A stretch of 64,000 bases of DNA from contig OY969569.1 in assembly GCA_963701185.1 (NCBI GenBank), positions 795,548-859,547 of the forward strand, read 5' to 3'. This DNA comes from Candidatus Gottesmanbacteria bacterium (GTDB lineage Bacteria; Patescibacteriota; Microgenomatia; UBA10105; UBA927). The notes below the pieces were generated by a model. It saw nothing but the letters and a program-made list of their open reading frames with translations, was not told the DNA's origin and made no database searches. This document shows, one piece after another, positions 49,406-56,988 of this stretch. The position numbers were made by a program, and so were the translations under genes. Position 1 is the stretch's first letter. Each line of letters begins with the position of its first letter.

Positions 49406-50455
49406 ATGGTCGGCATTGTTAGTTACGGAACATACATACCGCAGTATCGGATTAAGCTGGCCGATATCGCCGCGGCGTGGAAAAAAGATCCGCAGGAAGT
49501 CGTCGGGTCGCTCGGGATTGAAGAGAAATCGGTTCCGGGGACTGATGAGGATGCCGTATCGATAGCGCTGGAAGCGGCATGGAATAGCCTGTCGGCATTC
49601 AACGGAAAACCGGCGGACATAGAAGCACTCTTCGTCGGGAGCGAAAGCCATCCGTATGCTGTGAACCCGACATCAACGATTGTCGGAGAGTTATTGGGAG
49701 CCGGACATAACTATTTGGCAGCGGATTTGGAATTTGCCTGCAAGGCCGCAACGGCGGGCGTGCAGGCGGCTGCCGGACTTATCAGCGCGGGACACGCGCG
49801 TTATGGTTTAGTCATCGGAGCGGATACTGCCCAAAGCAAGCCGCATGATGCCCTGGAGTATACCTCGGCGGCGGCAGGGGCCGCATATCTGCTGTCGGGA
49901 GAGAAGCAAGAGATTGTTGCTAAACTTCTGGCTTATACCTCGTATTCTTCCGATACGCCGGATTTCTGGAGACGGGACGGCATCCGGTATCCCTCCCACG
50001 CAGGGCGATTTACCGGCGAACCCGCATATTTTGCCCACGTACTTGGCGCGGCAGCCAGACTCTTTGCCCAGTGTCATATGAAACCGGAGGATTTTGATTA
50101 TTGCGTATTCCATATGCCCAACGGCAAGTTCCCGCGCGACGCGGCGCGCCGTCTGGGATTTAGTAAAGAGCAATTGTCAACGTCTCTTATCGTTGATTAT
50201 ATCGGCAATCCGTACTCCGCCTCTGCCATGCTCGGCCTTGCGGCGGTCCTGGATATTGCACGGCCGGGTGAAAAAATATGTATGGTGTCGTATGGCTCCG
50301 GCGCGGGCTCGGATGCGTTTGTATGGGAAACGACGCCGCTCTTGCCGCGCATGCAGAAGATCCGCGGAAAGCAGCAGAGCTTGGTAACCCAGCAGATAGT
50401 AAAAAAACAGTATGTGGATTACGTCGGCTATTTGAAGCAGACACACAAGATTTAA
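49406..50455 (+). CDS. HMG-CoA synthase (archaeal-type)
   Basis: GSESHPYAV, EFACKAAT, RFTGEPAYF and SYGSGAGSD. Confidence 0.93.
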   Translation: MVGIVSYGTYIPQYRIKLADIAAAWKKDPQEVVGSLGIEEKSVPGTDEDAVSIALEAAWNSLSAFNGKPADIEALFVGSESHPYAVNPTSTIVGELLGAGHNYLAADLEFACKAATAGVQAAAGLISAGHARYGLVIGADTAQSKPHDALEYTSAAAGAAYLLSGEKQEIVAKLLAYTSYSSDTPDFWRRDGIRYPSHAGRFTGEPAYFAHVLGAAARLFAQCHMKPEDFDYCVFHMPNGKFPRDAARRLGFSKEQLSTSLIVDYIGNPYSASAMLGLAAVLDIARPGEKICMVSYGSGAGSDAFVWETTPLLPRMQKIRGKQQSLVTQQIVKKQYVDYVGYLKQTHKI

Positions 50456-50512
50456 TTTGAAAATTAAGAAAATAAAAATTGATTAAAAATTGAAAATTTT
50501 AAATTAAAAATT

Positions 50513-51658
50513 ATGAAAGTGTATATAACCGGCGCAGCAACGACAAAATTCGGTGAATTGTGGGCAACGTCCCCCAGGAGCCTTGCGCGCACGGCAGCGT
50601 TCGGCGCACTGAAAGACGCGGGGATTGGCGTCCGTCGCATCCAGGCGGTATTCGTCGGCAATATGTTGTCCGGCATCTTGGGCGGGCAGGAGCATTTGGG
50701 CGCATTTTTTGCGGAAGAATTAGGAATAAGCGTACCGGCATTTAAAATTGAAGGCGCGTGTGCATCCGGCGGTCTTGCGCTTCATAACGCAGTCAACAGT
50801 GTTTTGTCGGGTCAGTACGATACTGTGGTTGTTCTGGGTGTAGAGAAAATGACGGATCACAAGCCGGAAGATGTCGCCACAGCCCTCATGGGTGCGGGAT
50901 CGGAAGAAGAACGTGCGGCCGGTGCGACATTTCCGGGCTTGTACGCCATACTTGCGCGTGCCCATATGAGGGCATATGGGACGACACAGGAACAGCTCGC
51001 CGCAGTTGCCGTCAAAAATCACTATCATGCATCGCTCAACCCCAATGCGCAGTTTCATACCACACTTACGATTGAACAGGTTATACGAAGTTCGCGGATT
51101 GCCGACCCCTTACGGCTTTTGGATTGCTCGCCCATTTCAGACGGAGCTTCAGCACTTGTTATCACGAGTAAAAAATCAGGAGTTCAGATAGCCGCCTCGA
51201 CGGTCGCGACGGATACGTTGGGATTGGCACAGAGGAAAAGTCTTACAGAGCTGGCCGCGACGAAAGAGGCGGGTAAAAAGGCATATAAACATGCAGGCAT
51301 GACACCGAAGGATGTTGATGTTGCGGAGGTTCATGATTGTTTTACCATTGCCGAAATATTTGCGATGGAAGACCTCGGATTTTTTTCGAGGGGAAAGGCT
51401 GCTGTTGCAATTGCGGCCGGAGAAACAAGACTTGAAACATCACGCCATCTCGTCGTTAATCCTTCGGGCGGACTCAAAGGGTGCGGGCATCCGGTGGGGG
51501 CAACCGGCGTGAAGCAAATTGTGGAACTGGTCGATCAACTGCGCGGCCGCGCCACAGCGCGGCAGGTAAAAGGAGCAACAATTGGTTTAGCACATAATGT
51601 CGGCGGCAGCGGGGCAACAGCGGTTGTGCATATACTTAAAAAATTAATGTATGAATAG
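50513..51658 (+). CDS. Acetyl-CoA acetyltransferase (archaeal-type thiolase)
   Basis: EGACASG, DCSPISDGA, EVHDCFT and GHPVGATG. Confidence 0.92.
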   Translation: MKVYITGAATTKFGELWATSPRSLARTAAFGALKDAGIGVRRIQAVFVGNMLSGILGGQEHLGAFFAEELGISVPAFKIEGACASGGLALHNAVNSVLSGQYDTVVVLGVEKMTDHKPEDVATALMGAGSEEERAAGATFPGLYAILARAHMRAYGTTQEQLAAVAVKNHYHASLNPNAQFHTTLTIEQVIRSSRIADPLRLLDCSPISDGASALVITSKKSGVQIAASTVATDTLGLAQRKSLTELAATKEAGKKAYKHAGMTPKDVDVAEVHDCFTIAEIFAMEDLGFFSRGKAAVAIAAGETRLETSRHLVVNPSGGLKGCGHPVGATGVKQIVELVDQLRGRATARQVKGATIGLAHNVGGSGATAVVHILKKLMYE

Positions 51659-51950
51659 TCCGGTTAAAATTTGGAGAAACCAAAAACATATAGCCAATCT
51701 GCTTGGCCGCGAGGGAACGATCGTTTCCTGGACCGTTGTCCGCGTGCCGCCCGCCGGATTTTCCAATCTTGCGCCGTATCCCGTCGTGGTTGTTGATCTT
51801 GCAGGAGGAGGGAGAATTACCGCTCAACTCGTGGATTGGAACGAAGCAGATCTCACAGAAGGACGACGGGTAAAAGTAGTCATCCGGCGCATCTGTGAAC
51901 CCACAACTGAGGGCATTATTCCGTATGGGATTAAGGTGAAACCCGTCTAG
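51651..51950 (+). CDS. DUF35-type OB-fold scaffold lacking the zinc ribbon
   Basis: GTIVSWTVVR..PYPVVVVDL..ITAQLVD..GIIPYGIK; follows the thiolase gene. Confidence 0.8.
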   Translation: MNSPVKIWRNQKHIANLLGREGTIVSWTVVRVPPAGFSNLAPYPVVVVDLAGGGRITAQLVDWNEADLTEGRRVKVVIRRICEPTTEGIIPYGIKVKPV

Positions 51951-51959
51951 GAATTCTAT

Positions 51960-52848
51960 ATGAAAATTTCAGTATCTGTTCCCGGGAAAATTATTCTGAT
52001 GGGTGATCATGCGGTCGTGCATGGAAAGCCTGGGCTTATTGCTGCAGTCAACCGCAGGCTTACCGTACAGGTTTCATGCAGGAAAAGGCACACACAAGGA
52101 ATATATCTCACACATTCTCGGGATTATACAAAATCATTTTCAGCTTTCGATACCGCCTGCATTTACGGATAACAATTACGTCAGATATCCCCGAGGGATA
52201 TCACTTGGGTTCATCTGCTGCGGTTGCAGTAGCAACTATTGGGGCCGCCATCGTATTTTTTGAAAAAAATATGGAATCCGACTGCTATAAATCAACTTGC
52301 GTATGAGGCGGAAAAAATACACACATAAGATCCGTCAGGAGGTGACAATACGGCGGTGACATTCGGAGGATTTATATGGTACAGAAAGGAACTGGAATTT
52401 TCAAAAGTATTTGGCAGTTGCCGCTGAAGTTTCCGCGGCGATTAATCATTTTTCTCTCATTGATACCGGTCGGCCCAAAGAGAAATACGGGAGAGATGGT
52501 TGCGTACGTTGAGGAAACTCAATACACAATACAATGCAAGAAGTTTTTGACACAAATGAAGTACAGACAAAAAGAATTGCGGTGGCATTAAAAGAGGGAG
52601 ATGAAAAGACATTTATTGATGCGATGCGAAAAGGCGAACGGACTCTGGAGGCAATCGGCGTAGTCAGTCCGAAAGTGATTCCCATAATCCGTGCGGTTGA
52701 GAAATCCGGTGGAGCAGCAAAAATATTAGGTGGCGGGGGACGCGCCAACGGCGTGGGGTATCTGTTATGTTATTCCCATAACCCTCCAGAAGGAGCAATG
52801 CCAATCACACTTGGTGAAGAAGGGGTTCGTTTGGAGAAAAAAATATGA
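51960..52848 (+). pseudogene. mvk: Mevalonate kinase, multiply frameshifted
   Basis: GHMP motifs scattered over three frames (PGKIILMGDHAVVHG; SDIPEGYHLGSSAA; PSGGDN; AAKILGGGG); in-frame TAA at 52326-28. Confidence 0.75.
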
Positions 52849-54191
52849 GAACAAGCGCACCGGGAAAACTCATGTTGCTTGGCGAACATGCCGTCGTGTA
52901 CGGGTATCCGTGCATTGTGACGGCCATTTCCCAAAGGCTTTATGTGAAGGAAGGAAATTCCACCGGTGATACGCGATTTTTGGATGCAGCGATAAAATTA
53001 TGGGGAACTAGTAGCACAAAACTTTCTGCAGATTGTTTGTTTTCCGGAAAATATGGGTTCGGATCTTCTTCCGCGGTGACGGTTGCGGCACTCAAAGCTC
53101 TAAAACCCAATGCGCCTAATAAAGACATTTTTGATGCGGCATACAAGATCGTTCTGGATATTCAGGGTGCGGGATCAGGATTTGATGTTGCGGCGGCAAC
53201 TCACGGCGGGACGCTGTATTACGTAAAAAATAAAACAATTGAGCCTTTGGCAATCAGCGATATGCCGCTTATCGTTGGGTATACCGGTATAAAAAGCAGT
53301 ACGATTGATATCGTCAACACGGTAGCCGCCAAAAGGGATGCGTACCCGGAAAAAGTAGACAGGATTTTTCTCGGGATTGCCAAACTCGTGGATCAGGCGA
53401 AGGAAAAAATGCTTACAGGAGATTGGGAGCGTGTCGGCAGACTCATGGATTTTGACCAGGAGTATCTTCGCGATCTTGGGGTAAGTTCGGAGAAACTGGA
53501 GGCATTGATCAAGGCGGCCAAACGTGCAGGAGCTTGGGGCGCCAAGCTGTCTGGGGCGGGCGGCGGAGATTGTATGATTGCCATGGCGCCTCCTGACAGG
53601 CGGCAAGCAGTGGAAGACGCTATAGCGGACGCGGGCGGGGAGGTGGCGCGGGTCACGCCCGACGCAGAAGGGGTGAGGATCGAAACCACGGATAATCAGG
53701 ATGAACTTTTTATTGTTGTCGATCGCGATGATACCATTTTAGGATACAAAACCCGCTATGAATGTCATCATGATAAAACTCTTATACACCGGGTGGTAGG
53801 TGCTTTGATTTTTGATGAAGCCGGCAGAATCTTATTACAAAAGCGCAGTATGACAAAAGATATGGGGCCGGGATTGTGGGGAATATCAGCAGCGGGTCAC
53901 GTGACAAAGGGTCAAACGGATGAGGAAGCTGTGCACCGCGAGCTTCAGGAAGAGTTGGGGGTAGATATACCGTTAACATTCTGGAAAAAATTTATATCGG
54001 AAGAGCCGAGTGAAACAGAACGGGATATGATTTATAAAGGCATGTCAGACGGCCCGTTTCATCCGAACGCGGAAGAGGTCTCCGAGGTACGTTTTTTTGA
54101 AATCCGCGAACTCAAATTTCTGTGTGCAAGTCGGCATATCCGGCTGACTGCAGGAGCAGCAAGAACATTACGCGAGGTGGAAATTTTATGA
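52845..54191 (+). CDS. Phosphomevalonate kinase fused to type-1 (NUDIX) IPP isomerase
   Basis: GKYGFGSSSA, QGAGSGFDVA and KLSGAGGGD, followed by CHH..LIHR..LLQKRS..AGH..RELQEELG. Confidence 0.82.
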   Translation: MRTSAPGKLMLLGEHAVVYGYPCIVTAISQRLYVKEGNSTGDTRFLDAAIKLWGTSSTKLSADCLFSGKYGFGSSSAVTVAALKALKPNAPNKDIFDAAYKIVLDIQGAGSGFDVAAATHGGTLYYVKNKTIEPLAISDMPLIVGYTGIKSSTIDIVNTVAAKRDAYPEKVDRIFLGIAKLVDQAKEKMLTGDWERVGRLMDFDQEYLRDLGVSSEKLEALIKAAKRAGAWGAKLSGAGGGDCMIAMAPPDRRQAVEDAIADAGGEVARVTPDAEGVRIETTDNQDELFIVVDRDDTILGYKTRYECHHDKTLIHRVVGALIFDEAGRILLQKRSMTKDMGPGLWGISAAGHVTKGQTDEEAVHRELQEELGVDIPLTFWKKFISEEPSETERDMIYKGMSDGPFHPNAEEVSEVRFFEIRELKFLCASRHIRLTAGAARTLREVEIL

Positions 54192-55114
54192 AGAAAGCAA
54201 CCGCCATCGCGCCCGCAAACATCGCGTTTATCAAATTTTGGGGTAAAAAAGATGCGGCGTTGCGCCTGCCGTGCAATCCGTCGATTTCCATGAATTTATC
54301 ATCTTGTACGACGACGACGATAGTAGAATTCTCGCCTGATTTTGAAAAAGACACAGTGTCAGAAGGTTTCGACGAAAAAAGAATACTCGATCACGTTGAC
54401 CGTTTACGGAAAATCGCAGAATCGGAAGAAAAAGTAACGGTGATAACGGAAAATAATTTTCCGAAATCAGCGGGTATTGCCTCGTCCGCGTCGGGTTTTG
54501 CAGCGCTTACCGTGGCCGCCGCCGCCGCGTTGGGTTTAAAACTTTCGGAAAAGGAGTTGTCAAGTCTTGCCCGTTTGGGATCAGGATCCGCAAGCCGCAG
54601 TATTCCCGATGGTTTTGTAAAATGGGATGGCGAATTTGCCCGATCTCTCTACCCGCCGGACTGGTGGGACCTGCGGGATATTATCGTCATTGTACAAAGT
54701 CGGGTCAAGGATGTGCCCACATCGATCGGTCATGAAAACGTGCAAACAAGTCCGTTTTTCAAAAAAAGACTGGAAGCGTTGCCCCGTCGGATTACGCGAT
54801 TAGAAAAGGCACTGAAAGAAAAAAACCTTACGATGTTTGGAGAAATACTCGAAGAAGAGTGCCTGGATATGCATCATGTCATGCAGACACAGACGCCGCC
54901 GTTATTTTATTGGAACGATGATACAAAACGGGTAATGAAGAAATTGAAAATGAGCGGAATACCGGCCTATTTCACTATTGATGCCGGACCCAATGTACAC
55001 GTCATGTGTGAAGCAAAAGATGAAAGAAAAGTAACGCAACTTTTTAAAAATTGGAAAATGATCGTCAATAAACCGTCAGATGGCGCCCATATAGTCAATA
55101 CACACTTATTTTAG
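54188..55114 (+). CDS. mvaD: Diphosphomevalonate decarboxylase
   Basis: ANIAFIKFWGK, GIASSASGFAAL, RLGSGSASRS and FTIDAGPNVH. Confidence 0.95.
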   Translation: MKKATAIAPANIAFIKFWGKKDAALRLPCNPSISMNLSSCTTTTIVEFSPDFEKDTVSEGFDEKRILDHVDRLRKIAESEEKVTVITENNFPKSAGIASSASGFAALTVAAAAALGLKLSEKELSSLARLGSGSASRSIPDGFVKWDGEFARSLYPPDWWDLRDIIVIVQSRVKDVPTSIGHENVQTSPFFKKRLEALPRRITRLEKALKEKNLTMFGEILEEECLDMHHVMQTQTPPLFYWNDDTKRVMKKLKMSGIPAYFTIDAGPNVHVMCEAKDERKVTQLFKNWKMIVNKPSDGAHIVNTHLF

Positions 55115-55139
55115 TATGGTAATATGCTAATATGCTAAT

Positions 55140-55820
55140 ATGACACAACAGCAAAATATACCGACACATATTGCCATCATCATGGACGGAAACCGGCGGT
55201 GGGCTGGTGAACATAAGCTTCCGATTTTGGAAGGGCATCGCAGGGTCGCCAATGTCGTCTTGGAACGCCTTGTTGAACATGCGGCAAAACGCGGGATTGC
55301 ATACATAACATTCTGGGCATTCTCGACGGAGAATTGGAATCGGGCAAAAGATGAAGTAAAAGGAATCATGCAGATTTTATCCCAGGGCATCGGATATTTC
55401 GGGAAGCGTATGTTTGAAAAAGGAGTGAAACTGCAGATGATCGGTGACCTGTCGCGTCTTGACCCGAAACTGCAAAAAAGTATTCTGCAGGTAGTAGAAA
55501 ACACAAAAGAAAATAAAAGAATTACATTGATTATCGCATTAAATTACGGAGGGCGGGACGAAATAATACGCGCAATGCAGAAAGTGAACGGGGAAATATC
55601 AGAAAAAGAATTTTCTCAACTTCTTGATACCGTTGGCATTCCCGATCCGGATTTACTCATACGGACGGGCGGGGAACAGCGGTTAAGCGGATTTTTACCG
55701 TGGCAAAGCGTCTACAGCGAACTGTATTTTCCGCCGTGGTACATGCCGGATTTTACCCCCCGTAGGTTGGACGAGGCGATTGAGGAATTTGCGCGCCGTC
55801 AGCGCCGGTTTGGTCGTTGA
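55140..55820 (+). CDS. uppS: Undecaprenyl diphosphate synthase (cis-prenyltransferase)
   Basis: HIAIIMDGNRRWA, AFSTENW, NYGGRDE and RTGGEQRLSGFLPWQ. Confidence 0.97.
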   Translation: MTQQQNIPTHIAIIMDGNRRWAGEHKLPILEGHRRVANVVLERLVEHAAKRGIAYITFWAFSTENWNRAKDEVKGIMQILSQGIGYFGKRMFEKGVKLQMIGDLSRLDPKLQKSILQVVENTKENKRITLIIALNYGGRDEIIRAMQKVNGEISEKEFSQLLDTVGIPDPDLLIRTGGEQRLSGFLPWQSVYSELYFPPWYMPDFTPRRLDEAIEEFARRQRRFGR

Positions 55821-55822
55821 TG

Positions 55823-55901
55823 TGTCATCCTCGCGAAAGCGAGGATCTGCCTTTTTCGAAAAACAACACCAAAACCGATTCCCGCCTTCGCGGGAATGAC
55901 A
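55823..55901 (-). repeat. Full bipartite REP-like element (copy D, inverted)
   Basis: Reverse complement reads TGTCATTCCCGCGAAGGCGGGAATCGGTTTTGGT..GCAGATCCTCGCTTTCGCGAGGATGACA. Confidence 0.85.
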
Positions 55902-55911
55902 AAATGAGAAA

Positions 55912-56253
55912 TTATTTAAAAACGCTGGTAATAGACTCAAGCCCGAAGATGGCGCCCACGAGCTGGACAATCCAGTATGCGGCAAATACGATAAAAAATC
56001 CCACAATTGCGTTCGTCAGACGGGATTTTCCCTGTTCCATTTTTTTTGCATCGCCCGCACTGGTGAGAAACGTGTAGCCTGCGGAAATAAGCATCAGCAG
56101 TAACCCCAGCCCCGCAAACGCCAGTACCAACGGAACCGCAGCAGAGAGAATGTTCCCGATGGTAGGATTGGATCCGTATAATGGCATATTGAGCGGTCCT
56201 TTAATAGAGCTTCCGTCAGGCAGTGTTAAATTTTGTGCTAAAAGAGTGTACAT
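55912..56253 (-). CDS. VirB2/TrbC-like pilin
   Basis: AGYTFLTSAGDAKKMEQGKSRLTNAIVG. Confidence 0.82.
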   Translation of the reverse strand: MYTLLAQNLTLPDGSSIKGPLNMPLYGSNPTIGNILSAAVPLVLAFAGLGLLLMLISAGYTFLTSAGDAKKMEQGKSRLTNAIVGFFIVFAAYWIVQLVGAIFGLESITSVFK

Positions 56254-56258
56254 AAAAG

Positions 56259-56933
56259 TTATTGAAATCCAGGAATACCAAGAATACTTACTCCGATTAG
56301 CCGCAATATAAATATGGAAAAGATAATAATGAGCAGCCCCGTGATGGCGCTGGTGACCAATTCTTTACCGGCATTGAGCTGCTCCGGGTTTCCGGCGCTC
56401 ATGAGTATTTGGAACCCGCCGAAGAGAATGAGGAGGAAGGCGATCCCGCCGCCGATGCCGATGCCGATCCGAAGTATATCTCCGATAAATTTCTGCGGGT
56501 CAGTCTGGATGCACCCGATCGCCGTCCATGCCGCCGTCCCTTTCCCCATACACGTTTCGCACGCCGATTTTTTATCGCCCGCAAAATCGCATATTTTGTT
56601 TGATGTGGATGTTGTGTTACTCGCGATGCATTTTTGCGTTGTTGCACAAATACCGGCTGATACAGTCACGGAATTCCCGCTACAACAGGATTGGAGTAAC
56701 GTTTTGCACTGATTATCTTCGATACAAATTGATCCGCCAACGGTGCCGCATTTTTGCGTTGTTGCACAAATACCGGCTGATACAGTCACGGAATTCCCGC
56801 TACAACAGGATTGGAGTAACGTTTTGCACTGATTATCTTCGATACATGCTGCCGACGCAGGCGTATCCAACAAACCAAATAATGTTGTTATGAAAACGAA
56901 GAATAAGACGGTTAGAATAACCTTTTTGACCAT
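56259..56933 (-). CDS. VirB2/TrbC-like pilin with two Cys-rich N-terminal modules
   Basis: Signal peptide, 2x CIEDNQC..CC..C..C, WTAIGCI and GGFQILMSAGNPEQLNAGKELVTSAITG. Confidence 0.82.
   Translation of the reverse strand: MVKKVILTVLFFVFITTLFGLLDTPASAACIEDNQCKTLLQSCCSGNSVTVSAGICATTQKCGTVGGSICIEDNQCKTLLQSCCSGNSVTVSAGICATTQKCIASNTTSTSNKICDFAGDKKSACETCMGKGTAAWTAIGCIQTDPQKFIGDILRIGIGIGGGIAFLLILFGGFQILMSAGNPEQLNAGKELVTSAITGLLIIIFSIFILRLIGVSILGIPGFQ
56628..56846. repeat. Perfect 99-bp direct repeat with 120-bp period
   Basis: 56628-56726 is identical to 56748-56846. Confidence 0.92.
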
Positions 56934-56988
56934 ATTACACTAAGTGTATCAAAGATTTTCTTCAAACGCACGTGGTAAAATGGGTGAG

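Noticed and set aside
47275-55901. Inverted copies C and D as ends of a composite transposon or invertible MVA segment
   Set aside because: The sigma gene lies outside copy C yet is co-oriented with the block, and there is no transposase or target duplication. Independent insertions after stop codons are simpler.
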